In this document: one piece after another, positions 1 to 11,870 of the stretch
Layout of the letters: every line of letters starts with the position of its first letter
Position numbering within the stretch: the first letter of the stretch is position 1
Assembly: GCF_009834535.1 (NCBI RefSeq)
Contig: NC_045701.1
Coordinates: 20,522,001 to 20,586,000, forward strand
Source: Camelus ferus
Lineage: Eukaryota
Direction: 5' to 3'
Length of the DNA: 64,000 nt
Position numbers and translations under genes: made by a program
The notes under the pieces: generated by a model
Databases searched by the model: none
What the model was told of the DNA's origin: nothing
What the model saw: the letters and a program-made list of their open reading frames with translations, nothing else

Positions 1-3000
1 TTTACTATTTCACGGAGCCTTGCAGCTGACTGCAAAATAAACAAAACATATACACATAAAAATGCTATCTTATAACTATATAGCTTACCTTCTAAAAGCT
101 TAACTATCTGCTACTATATACACACTAAACTAAAATCTATACAGGAAATAAAAATCCTTAAGATAATACCTGTTTTGGGTAGTAGACATGAGACAAATAC
201 ACTATTAATAATAAAAACAAGTATATAATACTGCCTAAAGTACTGACATTCTGATACCTTGGACCAGGTCACTAATGAGTTTACATGATTAAACACTAAA
301 CATTTATCAAATATACTATTGCAAATTAAAAGGTTTAACTTCTACTACAGGCAAGCCTACTTTGATAGTTTTAGAAAAGTTATAGGTTATACTTCGATAA
401 ATCACATTGTAATTTGTTAACTAAAACCAAAATTAGAGCTACTTTGTCTAAATCTCTGATGAATTTTCAACTGTCAGTGACTCAACAATTTAGTCCCTTA
501 TATTAATTCACCCTCCATCCCCGTAAGATGCAAACACACCCTGAATATTTAGGAATCTGGTATTCAGAAAAATCAATTAATTATTTAATAAAAGCCAAGG
601 GCTTAATGTCTTTTGGGGGAAAGCATCACATACCCTTCTAAATAGCTATCCTCTCACACACAGAAGCTTTATCACCAGTGTAAAGATCTCCAATGCAAAT
701 TATACATTCAGTTATAATGACTATAAAACATCAGCGTATGTCTGGCCATTTATCTTAAAGCTTCTTATACAAAGCATATTTCCACCTATTTTTAAAGTTT
801 AAGATTAAAAAAAAAAAAGCTGTCCTCTCACTCCTCTATCACACATCCTTTAACTCATCCCTCCCCACTTCACCTTTAACCTTTAGTTAAGGTAACCACT
901 TGGAACATACCCTGTTTCTTCGAATTCAAGATAGCCATTCGTAAGGACACCATTATTTTATGTACCACCAAAAGGAAGGCGAAAGATACCAGTTACACTT
1001 TTAATATGCCAATTTCAAAAAAAAATTAAAATTTAATATAAAAATATTAAAACTAATTTTAGTTTTAATATTTCATTTTCAGGGAAAAAATTCCTTGGAA
1101 TTAATAAAATACAGTAACCTCTTGCCCCTAATTTTACCCTCCCTCATTTGACACTATGAAACCTGATACTCTACGTGTTTTATTGACCTACTACTAGTAA
1201 AAGGAATGGCATCTTGGTTTTAATTAAAAATTCCACACAAACCTCAGACAAGTGCAGAGAAGCAAAAAAGTTTGCATTTTCTGATATGTTTTTCAGTCTC
1301 TTCCTTTCATACGGTGACAATCCTGAAAAATCATCCTATGAAATTAGATCAAAAACATTGTTACTTTACATAATCCATAGCAAAATCACCTCACAAAACT
1401 AGTTGCATTCTCTGCATGTGTTATTTCTTTCAAATTGCACCTACTCTATTTTACACTCTCTTATCAAACAGCACATAATCTTTGCTGCATTGGATACTGA
1501 ATGAAAAAGCTGGAATGTGGGATAATTACAGAGTATCTGTATGGCTTCCCAATTAAATAACAAGTGAACTTGTACTATTTCTCAAAGTTATCTTTTTATG
1601 AGACAAAACAAGAAAGAACTTAGTAACAGAAAATTTTAAACTTATTGAAATGGTTCAGGAAATTTAGAAAAGAGTGCAAAAATAAAGAGATAAACATACA
1701 GGCTGAGAAGGCAATTTTAAAACTAGAGAATCTTGGAGTCCAATATACAGCTAATAGTTGTGAGGGGGAAAAGAGCAGAGAAAATGGAGGAGAGACAATT
1801 AGAGAAATAATGCCAGAAAGTTTCTCAAAACCAAAGATACGAGTTTCCAGATCAAAAGAGTATGCAACACAACAAATGAAAAAGACTCAAGCCTGGGCAC
1901 ATCATCACAAAATTTCTTAATACCTGAGATGAGCTGAGATAGAAGATCCTAAAAGCGTGCAAAGGGAAAAATAAACCACAAAGAGCCCAGAATCAGAACA
2001 ATACTAACTTTTCAATATCGAGGGAAGCTAGAAGACAATGAAAAATGCATTAAAAATTCTAAGGAAAAATCAAAATTCTTTTGAACTTACGATTCTAAAA
2101 TCAATTAAGCTAACAATCAATGAAAAGCATAAAGACTTTTCCAGACATGCAAACTACCTCTCATACACGTTTTTACAGGAAACTACTATAAGCTTCATTT
2201 TAATAAAATGAGAGAATAAACCAAGAAAGAAAAAGACAGGATCCAGGATACAGAAGTTCCAGCACAGGACAGATAAAAGAAATTCAAAGGAAAATAGTAG
2301 AAAGGCCAAGAAAAAGTAAAAACAGTCCAGAGTTCAGAAGATGGAGGGCCCCAGAAAAAATTTCATGAGGAAAATATGTACATACATGAAGCAATTAGAA
2401 TTCTTTGATTTATATGGAGAAAAATTTTACAACTTTGGTGAATCGTGGACTGTATGTAATAAGGATGTGGGAAGGGAAAACATGGAAAGAGAAGGGGTGG
2501 CACACGTGTAAAAGATGTGGGATGAAAGAAACAAATCTTCATCTTCCATAGAAGTCAATAGAGAATGTGGGAGGGAAAAGCTAAAATGGCTAAAAGTACA
2601 ATTGGTCTATTGAGTAGCAATCACAGAGAGGTAAGTGGCAGAAATTTTCTGGGTGTTTTGATTTGTTTCTGTGTATATGTGTGTGTACATATGGATTTAC
2701 TTCTGTATGTGTATATATATAGATATACACATGAAATTATATGACTTAAACATGTATGTAAATGTATTAATTTGACCAAAACAAGGATTGTTCTCACACA
2801 CACATAAAATAGCGGCAGCAAAGGTGAAAGGTTATCACCTTTAAAACTGCTTTTTAGAGAAAAACATCATCACCATCATCATCAAGGACTTCCTAAGAAT
2901 CTATTTCAAAATGATACATAGATCAAAGGAACAAACTTAAAACCACAGCAAAAATTTTAAAAATTTATTATGAAAAAGCATCAGACAGTTTTGAGAAGTT

Positions 3001-6000
3001 GTGTAATTCAGACTATTGTCACCCACTATCCATGCCTCAAAAACTTGCAACATAAAAGACCAAGAAAATAACATCAAAGTGGGCTCTCAAAGTAAACACA
3101 ATACAAGAAATAGAAATTAAAAAAAACAACAGAACTCCACTATCTTCAGAGATACTTGAGAAGTTACTACATCCATTAAACAAGAAAAGAAGTGCTATTT
3201 TTAAAAAAAAATCAAAGAAGAAAAATAACTGAGTTAAGAATATACTTGTTTTGATAACTAAAATATATCATCCATAACAGCATCAAAAAGAATAATATAA
3301 CAAAATGCAAGGCTTGTACACAGAAAATTACAAAATATTGAAGGAAATTAAAGATTTAAGTAAATGGAAAGAGGTCCCATATTCATATATTGAAAGACTT
3401 AACATTGTTGGAGGTCCCTTCTAGTTGCCTAATGAGATGCTGCCCCATTCATGAACTAANNNNNNNNNNNNNNNNNNNNNNNNNNNNNNNNNNNNNNNNN
3501 NNNNNNNNNNNNNNNNNNNNNNNNNNNNNNNNNNNNNNNNNNNNNNNNNNNNNNNNNNNNNNNNNNNNNNNNNNNNNNNNNNNNNNNNGAAATGGACAAG
3601 TTGATATTAAAATTCATACAGAAATACAAGGGACTCAGAACAGCCAGAACAATCTTGAAAAAGAAGAACCAAGTTACAGGACTCACACTTGCTTATTTCA
3701 AAACTTACTACACAGCTACAGTAATTAAAATGGTGTGGTACCAGGGTGAGGATATAGCTCCATGGTAGAGTGTGTGCTTAGCATGCACAAGGTCCTGGGC
3801 TCAATCCCCAGTACCTTTATTAAAATAAATAAGTAAACCTAATTACCTCCCACCTTCAAAAACAAAAAAACAAAAAACAAAACACAGTGTGGTACCAGCA
3901 TAAGGACAGACAGATCAACTGAATAAAACTGAGAGTCTAGAAATAAACCAATACTACCTATCTATGATGAATTTATTTTTGATAAGGGAGTCAAGACTAT
4001 TCAATGGGAAAGAAGAGTCTTGCCAACAAATTGTTCTGAGACAACAATTGTTCTGAAATCCACATGCAAAAGTATTAATTTGGATCACTATCTCACAATA
4101 TACATAAAAATCAAAACAGATCAAAGACCTAAATGTAGGAGTTAAAACTATAAAATTCTCAGAAGGAAATAGAGGTGTAAATCTTCATAACCCTGGATTA
4201 GGCAGTGGTTTCTCAGATATGAACACCAAAGCACCAGCAATGAAAGAAAAATTGATAAATTGGACTTAAAGTTAAAATTTTTAACTAAACATTAAATTAG
4301 AATTTAAAATGTTTGTATGTCCAAGGACATTATCAAGAAAGTGAGAAGAAAGTCCAAAGAATGAGAGAAATATTTGCAAATGATGTAGCTAATAAAGGCA
4401 TAGTGTCCAGAATAAGAATATATTAAAAAATTCCTACAATTGAACAAAAAAAAGACAACCTACTTTTTCAAATGGGTAAAGGATTTGAGAAGACATTTTT
4501 CCANNNNNNNNNNNNNNNNNNNNNNNNNNNNNNNNNNNNNNNNNNNNNNNNNNNNNNNNNNNNNNNNNNNNNNNNNNNNNNNNNNNNNNNNNNNNNNNNN
4601 NNNNNNNNNNNNNNNNNNNNNNNNNNNNNNNNNNNNNNNNNNNNNTGTTAAGCAAAAAAAGACAAATACTATATGATTCCACTTATATGACGTACCTCAA
4701 ACAGTCAAATCCACAGAGACAGAAAGTAGAAAGGTAGTTGTCAGGGGCTGGGAGGAGGTGAGGGAAAGGGGAGTTATTTAATGAGTGCAGAATTTCAGAT
4801 TTGCAAGATGAAAAGAATTCTGGAAGTTGATTTCAACAATGTGAATGTACTTTACTGAACTGTCACTTAAAAACAGTAAAGCTAGTAAACTTTACATGTA
4901 TATTTTACCACAACTAAATTTTGTTCAATCTTTAAAGATAAACATTAACAAGTATTGGCAAGGGAGTAGAGAAACTGGATTTTTCATACATTGCTAGTGG
5001 GTATGTGAAAATGCTGCAGCCACTTTGGGAAACAGTTTGACAGTTCCTCAAAAAGTTAAACAGAGTTACCATATGACCCAGCAATTTCACTCCTAGGAAT
5101 ATACCCAAGAGAATGGAAAATGTTCATGCAAAATCTCACAAGTAAATGTTCATCGCATTATTCCTAATAGCAAAAGAATGAAAACAATGCAAATGTCCAT
5201 CAACTGACAANNNNNNNNNNNNNNNNNNNNNNNNNNNNNNNNNNNNNNNNNNNNNNNNNNNNNNNNNNNNNNNNNNNNNNNNNNNNNNNNNNNNNNNNNN
5301 NNNNNNNNNNNNNNNNNNNNNNNNNNNNNNNNNNNNNNNNNNNNNNNNNNNNNNNNNNNNNNNNNNNNNNNNNNNNNNNNNNNNNNNNNNNNNNNNNNNN
5401 NNNNNNNNNNNNNNNNNNNNGGGCTAGGGGAGGGAGGAGTTGGGGTTGGTGGTAACTACTAATGGGTATGGGGTTTCTTTTTGGAGTGATGAAAATTTCT
5501 GGAATTGGATAGTGGCAATGGGTGCACAACTTTATGTGTATATACTAAAAAACAATCATATACTTCTAAATAGTAAATTTTATGTTATGTGAATGATAGC
5601 TTAATAAAAAATGAATATATGCTTGATGACAGAAATCAGATATTTACATAATCTCAAAAGTATTTAGCAATTACAAAGAGAAAAAAAGTAAGTTTACATT
5701 GGAGAATCCTGGCAGGCACCACCTTAGCCAACTGATCAAAGGCAACATCACCAGTAAAATAAATCAACATGTACACCCTGATATGATGCACTGAGGGCAC
5801 ATTCATGTCTGTGGTATCCTTCCCCAAAATGCAAAACCTTAATCTAATCATGAGGAAATAGCAGACAAATGCAAATAGAGGGACATTATACAAAATAACT
5901 GTCCAGTACTCTTCAAAAGTGTCAAGGTCATGAAAGGCTGAGAAGCTGTCTCCAGATCTACAGAGACATCGCAACTAAATGCACTGTGTGATCCTGGACT

Positions 6001-9000
6001 GGATGTTGGAACAGAAGAAGGACATTAGTGGAAAAACTGGCAAAATCCTAATAAATTCTGCACTTAAGTTAACAGCATTGTACCAAAATTAATTTCTTAG
6101 TTTGATAAATGTTCTATGGTTATGTATGATATTAACATAAGAGGAAGCTGAGTAAAAGATATAGGGAAACTGCACTATTTTTGCAATTTTTCTGTAAGTC
6201 TAAAATTTTCTCAAAATTAAAAAAATTAACTTAACCACAGGGAACTATATTCAATATCTTGTAATAACCTTTTTTTAATATTTTTTTATTGATTTATAAT
6301 CATTTTACAATGTTGTGTCAAATTCCAGTGTGTAATAACCTTTAATGAAAAAGAATATGAAAATGAATATATGTATGTATGTGCATGACTGGGACATTGT
6401 GCTATATACTAGAAATTGACATATTGTAACTGATTGTACTTAAGTTTTAAAAAAATTAACTGACGAAATGCTTCATGAAGCTAAAATATTTAATAGACGC
6501 ACTGAGAGAGAAAATTTAGCAAATTTCCTGGAAAAGAAAATAAGATTCTAGACTTGCAGGCCAAGACACTTGTCTTCGATGTGACAGAAACCATCCTTCG
6601 TTTGGGAAGAAACAAGCTTATAAACTAATACTGTTCCTAAAGCATGGTTCCACAAAGCCTTAGCCACTTTATCTCAAAAAGATAATTAACGAAAAGGAAG
6701 AAAACAAAAGAATGAAATGTTCTATGAAAAACGCTGAGCATTTCTGACTCTGTTTCACTATCTCATGTTCTAATTTCTGATCCTATTTTCCTTACATCAG
6801 ACTAAAATCTGCTTTATATTAGCCTCACATACTCAGAATTTTAGTCTAAAAGGCCAAAGAGATAATCTAATCCAATGGTTCTCAAAGTGCAGTCCTGGAG
6901 CATATAGCATCAGTGTCTCTAGCAATCCATATTAGACATGCAAATTCTATACCCATCTCCAAAACTTGTGAATCAGAAACTCTGGTGGTAGAGCCTGCAA
7001 TGGAGTTTCAACAAGCAAAAGTTTGAGAACCACTTATCTTATCCAATCCCCTCTCTGTAGAGGTGATTTGCTTAAAGGTATAAGGTTTCTTAGAAGTGGC
7101 GACACCTAAAACCTAGGCTTCCAACTCCCAGTCCAAGGCACTTATGACATACCCAACGCTGTCCCACCATAGATCCTAGCTCATAACAACATTGCCTTGA
7201 TTATCCTATCTCCCTTTCCCTACTATTATTTTCTGCTCTAGTTCCATCAACTTTTCCTCATGTGGTATGGTTTTATCTTGTCCTGCATAAAATTTGTCAT
7301 TTTAAATGAAGTACAAACACTCCTGGTAGGCAATAGAAGCCAAAAGAATTACATGTTTAATTCCTTAAAATGGTTTGAACTCTTAAATAGAACTTTTACT
7401 CCTGTATCTTCTCTCCTCCATCAATTGTCTCCTTTTTGTATTTAAAAGAAACATTATTCAGCACATCAATGCAATCAATTAATGATTTTCCTACCCTGCT
7501 ATCAAGGGTCACTCAAATGCTGTATGTTCCACAAGCCAACTTCTTCTGGTATATTGTGCATAAGTAAGTAAAGATGAGCAAGACACCATAAAGTATGAGT
7601 AAACTCAAAAATACATGCAATAGGCGGAGGGTATAGCTCAAGTGGTAGAGCACATGCTTAGCATGCATGAGGTCCTGGGTTCAATCCCCGGTATCTCCTC
7701 TAAAATTAAATAAATACTAACTACTAATTACTTCCCCCCCAATAGAAATAAGTAAATTAATCAATGCAATAAACTGAGAGGAAGAAAAAGGGAAACAAAG
7801 GAAAGATTAAGTCAATCTTCTCCTTGACAAACCAAAACCAAGAGCAAAAGTAACCCAAGGAAGTTACCTGTTAAGCATTTAAAAAAGAAAATTTCAGTTA
7901 AACATAAATTAGATAAAACAATTTGCCCTAAAGAGACCATTGATAACCTTAGCTTATCAGAACTTCAAATTTTATTTTTTTAATTTATTTTATTTATTTT
8001 ATGTGGGAAATCATTAGGTCCATTTACTTATTATTCTTTTTGTTGTTGTTGTTGTTTGGGTTTTTTTGGATGGAGATATTGGGGATTAAAGCCAGGATCT
8101 AGTGCATGCTAATCATGCACTCTATCACTTAAGCTATACCCTATCCCAGCTTTTTTTATTTTGATGGGGTAGGTAATTTATTTATTTTTTTTGGTGGAGG
8201 TACCTGGGATTGAACCCAGGACCCTGTGCATACTAGGCACGCACTCTACCGCGTGAGCTATATATACCCTCCTCCAAGAACTTCAAATTTCAAAATATGA
8301 AAATTTTGAATAAGCTAGTAATTAAATTCTTACCAGGCCTGATGTGGTGTCTTCATCACTGTCTCCATCCTGACTGCTTTCCGTGTCGGCACTGAGAATC
8401 ACTGTATCCGAAGTGCTCTTGTATTGCCGCTTGTTACTTTCAGTATGAACATCTGAGGATGATTTTTGCAGCGTGGATTCTGCCTTGGAAGATGTGGCTT
8501 CCATCTTTGGAGTCAAAATCCCTCTGCAAGTTTCCTTTACTTCAGCCTTTTTACATTTCTTACATGCCACTTCATTGTTAGAATTCTTATCTAACAGGGA
8601 TTCAGGGCACTTAAGCTGGTCTAGCTTGTAGTTACTGAGTGAAAAGGGGACAAGATACACCTGAGCTGTTTTTCCTAAAAATGTCTGTACTGGTCTCAAA
8701 GATGCATAGGCGACGGTTTTGGTTTTCTTTATATTCATTCACCTATTCAGATCAATAAAGAAAAAGAGAGTATTAAAATCCCAGGTTCTAAGCCATTTCT
8801 TGCATATCTGTGTAAATAAATCGAATTCCTATTTCATAATGACTACATAAATTCAACTGATAGCCTGTAAGGAAACTTTTTGCCCTCCAAAATCTAGACA
8901 CCTAATTCATTAAGCTGAATAGGATTATTTATTATACTGGGCACATTTCTTGCCCATTTGAGTCTGCCAGACCAATAATAATAATGACTACAATTTATAA

Positions 9001-9424
9001 CTGAGGATAATGAGTAACTGAAGTTGTTTCATGAGTGGGAAATTGACCAAAACTGCTGCAAAACCAAATGCTGATTTCCTGATCCCATTCTGACACTATT
9101 TCTGGGGTTACTGATAAGGTTCTTCCTCAACACTGAAGGCCTAGTTTCCATACAGGAAAACCAGGACAAGTATCCCCGCTTATCTTTGGAGCAACTCCAG
9201 GAAAAACCCGTTAAATTGAGAGATGCCCCAAGGAGCGAGAAATAAGTTTTGGAGTAAGGAGGTACCGGGTGCCAAGTCTTCCTGTCCTCCTTAGTCTGTG
9301 CCCGACAGATTCCCCACGAAGACTGTGGCAGGAGCACAACCGAAAGCGACAAGCCGTTTCTCACCTTCACCTGGAGTCGCTGTCTGGAGCCCGCTTTCTC
9401 AGCCGCCGCGCGCGACCCAGACAT
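1..9424 (-). CDS. WDR76: WD repeat-containing protein 76, 5' part (coding exons 1-4; continues off the left edge); apparent +1 frameshift in exon 2
   Basis: Exons: 9424-9365 (MSGSRAAAEKAGSRQRLQVK), 8742-8334 (VNEYKENQN, then after the shift VAYASLRP...DEDTTSGL), 1335-1243 (DDFSGLSPYERKRLKNISENANFFASLHLSE), 29-1 partial (SAARLREIV). All have GT-AG borders and match the remembered human/mouse N-terminus. Exon 2 is 409 nt (3n+1). Confidence 0.93.
1600..3250 (+). mobile_element. Old L1/HAL1-type (ORF1-like) fragments
   Basis: A-rich degenerate ORF1-like sequence (agaatcagaacaatactaac...gaagctagaagacaatg); resembles the 39480-40960 block. Boundaries approximate. Confidence 0.55.
3280..6225 (+). 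mobile_element. L1M-type LINE-1 3' ORF2 and 3' UTR fragments (L1MB/L1MC-like), interrupted by N gaps and a SINE
   Basis: ORF2 motifs (aaattcatacagaaatacaagggactcagaacagcc; ttcaaaacttactacacagctacag) and an L1MC-like 3' end at 5690-6220. Confidence 0.8.
3745..3886 (+). mobile_element. tRNA-derived SINE (Vic-1-like) inserted in L1
   Basis: Degenerate A/B boxes, A-rich tail, TSD GTGTGGTACCAG at 3733-3744 and 3887-3898. Confidence 0.85.
6234..6435 (+). mobile_element. Artiodactyl-type L1 3' end carrying a nested inverted micro-insertion
   Basis: cacagggaactatattcaatatcttgtaataacc...aattgacatattgtaactgattgtactt, a typical young L1 3' UTR terminus. Confidence 0.75.
6873..7035. mobile_element. MER5A-type hAT-Charlie DNA transposon
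   Basis: Terminal inverted repeats CAATGGTTCTCAAA...TTTGAGAACCACT and an internal gaatcagaaactctgg motif. Confidence 0.8.
7623..7760 (+). mobile_element. tRNA-derived SINE (Vic-1-like)
   Basis: gggtatagctcaagtggtagagc...gggttcaatcccc, A-rich tail, short ATGCAATA direct repeat on both sides. Confidence 0.85.
7973..8276 (-). mobile_element. Two tandem tRNA-derived SINEs (Vic-1-like) within one TSD
   Basis: Units at about 8276-8150 and 8149-7973; flanking AGAACTTCAAATTT at 7959-7972 and 8277-8290. Confidence 0.85.
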
Positions 9425-9600
9425 CTTCCCGCGGCTTAGCAGCCGGCGTCTTCCCGCCAAGATTACGGCGGGGAGGTGGAGATAGGCGGGGATGCGCAAG
9501 GATGCGCGGGGATGGGAGGGGCCCGGGGCGGCGCAGGCGGGCTCTGATCTCAGTAGGGGGTGGGGGCGGACGGGGCGTTACGTTCGCATCTTAAGGAGGC
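9330..9600 (-). promoter_or_regulatory. WDR76 CpG-rich promoter / first exon with E2F-type sites
   Basis: CpG-dense; TTCCCGCCAA at 9451-9460 and TTCCCGCG at 9426-9433; GC-box-like GGGGCGG runs. Confidence 0.7.
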
Positions 9601-9980
9601 AAGCTTGCCAGCCTCAACTCCAAAATCAAATTTTCTAGGGAAGCGAAGGGACCGAATCGACATTTTTACCTTGGATCCCGATGATTTTGATGCTGCTCCT
9701 GCCAGTATCTCACTTTGAAAAACACTTGAGCTGCTGCTAAGGAAAAACCACCTTGCCTAACAATGTGAGCCTGGAAAAGATTGGGACGAACTTAGATGCC
9801 ATGTGAGAGAGAAGAAATGAAATCGAAACCAATATACAGCTTTTACCTGCACCCCTAGTTCCTTGTAACCCGCCGCCAGAAAATTATGCCCTATGGCTAT
9901 CGTATTATCTTCTTCCTAAGAATTTTGATATTTTTTTTCAAGAGCTGGTAACAAGCTGGTTTAAATTTCACCCATCTGTT

Positions 9981-10007
9981 GTGCTCGCTGCGGCAGCACG
10001 TATACTC
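9981..10007 (+). pseudogene. 3'-truncated (tailless) U6 snRNA retropseudogene
   Basis: GTGCTCGCTGCGGCAGCACGTATACT versus U6 nt 1-26 GTGCTCGCTTCGGCAGCACATATACT (2 mismatches); starts exactly at U6 +1; flanked by an 18-bp TSD AAATTTCACCCA(T/C)CTGTT at 9963-9980 and 10008-10025. Confidence 0.85.
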
Positions 10008-11269
10008 AAATTTCACCCACCTGTTAACTAACTAAACGGATTTAAATTTCGCCCACCAGTTAACTGAGATTCTAGTGATGACCTTACGAAGCCCAAAGGC
10101 TGGGGGAAAGTTCTGAATAATTTTTGTATGACAAAGCACCATAAATAGATTTTGTCTCTCATAATTTTATCTCATATTAAGATTTTATCTATAAGGGATA
10201 ATATAGTTATAGCCATATTAAACCTTTTTTTTCCCCTATCCTCTGGAATTCTGTGAGCAGAAACAATTGCCTTCCCATCAGATTTACTCCCTCTGGATAG
10301 CATTGTGGAGCTGGTAACTTTATAATATGAATTTCTATTTGCTCTAATTTTACAGTCCTTTCTTTCTAGCTCAAAGCTGCTCCCCTGGTTGGTTACTTGG
10401 ATCCTCCACTGTTTCTTGATTGAGACTTGCCCATTTTTATTTCTCCTCCCAGCCTAGGACCAATTGGAGAACACAGGTGAAATAATTTGAGAACTTATTC
10501 TATTAAAAGCACCTTCAAGGCCCTTCAGGAACTTTCAGACTCTTCGATTCAAAAATTACTAATAAAATCAAACTTTTCATTGTGTCTGATATATACCATA
10601 TTTCTGGACTTCAAGACTTTGCTCATGCTGGCCCTTCTCTCCCCACCACAGCGGTTATCAAATCCTTTCTACTATGAATTTAGAAAAAGTTGAACTGACT
10701 TCCAATTAGCCTAAGTTTCTTACACAAGCCACCTCGTAAATTGGGATTGATTCTGTTATGATTCTATAAAACTTTGTAGACTTGCTAAATAAAATTCTAG
10801 TTTCTGGAGAACACGAGCCTTTCAACAATATTCCATTCTCCTTAGAGCTAAGCACAGTAAACACATTAAGTGCTTAATAATTATTTACTGACTTTTATAT
10901 ACAAACATTCCAGCTGGGAATGTTTTAATAGGCAGTCTCCAGAAACGGAAAGAACTAGAAAGCCTAAAAGAGGGTTAGGATTTCACGTGTTGTTCTAAAC
11001 CAATTAGGGGATTTTTTTTTTCTTGCCACTGGCCTAAATTACCACCACTTAACCTCACCTGACAAAAAAAATTCCGCATTACAACCCACTTAGTCTCATC
11101 AGCTGAGCTAATCAGGTGCTACTCGCAGGATTTCTACTCTGACTAAATTCTAATTCTGAGTTTTCAACAGTCTGGACAAACTGCCCTTTACTCTCTCCTC
11201 GACTTCTTATTTGTCACTATCCCATTTTCCTAGGCTTCAAACCAATTTAACGAGCGAAACCTTTAAACC

Positions 11270-11870
11270 AGACCTTCCTCACCGCAGGTTCTCAACAGCA
11301 AAGCCGGGTGAGAGCAATTTCCCGCCAGACGGCGCGTCCAAATACTGCGAGACTGAGGACGTAGGGTAGCCTAAGAGCATGCGCAGACTCGACGTTCTCG
11401 TGGTAGACGCCCAGACGTCCTCCACAATCCCACAAGCCTCTGGTCGTTTATTTCCGGTTTTTCTAGCTCGGCCGTAAGTGGTGTTTCTATTAGTCGCGCA
11501 GTGGTGACCAGCGGCCCTCGGTGAAGAGTTTTTTTCTGTTCGTTGACATTGTTGCTGTTCACTGTTTGGAATTAGTCAAGTTTCGGAAGTCACCACCACT
11601 GCCATCAACATGTCGGTCCCAAGCGCCCTCATGAAACAACCGCCCATTCAGTCTACGGCTGGGGCCGTCCCGGTTCGCAATGAGAAAGGTACAGTGCTGA
11701 GCCCTCTTCCAGACGGATCTTATCCTCTTCCTTCCCCGGTATACCCTAAACCTACCCCCTCGCCGACCACCCTAACCCCACCGACCCGTAAGACCCAGCC
11801 CTCTGTTTATTCGACGTTCCCCAACAAACCTCGCACCCAGTCGCGTTGCCTAGGGGGAGAAAAACCCCAC
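11270..11870 (+). promoter_or_regulatory. MFAP1 CpG-rich promoter / exon 1
   Basis: CpG-dense; TTTCCCGCC at 11318-11326 (E2F-like); CGGAAGT at 11584-11590 (ETS-like) just before ATG 11610. Confidence 0.7.

Noticed and set aside
1645-1920. 91-aa lysine/glutamate-rich ORF
   Set aside because: Degenerate L1/HAL1 ORF1 remnant starting at TTG.
3460-5420. Long ORFs spanning X runs in the ORF track (also 14113-14669, 17421-17726, 32541-33185, 41719-42256)
   Set aside because: Artefacts of translating through N gaps.
7623-7700. tRNA-like sequences with A and B boxes (also at about 3745, 8100-8270, 14900, 17700, 36660, 57095, 61870)
   Set aside because: Each continues into a shared non-tRNA body and A tail with TSDs, so they are SINEs, not tRNA genes.
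9425-9499. Upstream extension of WDR76 exon 1 (MRIPAY...)
   Set aside because: Starts at TTG in GC-rich leader; no homology support.
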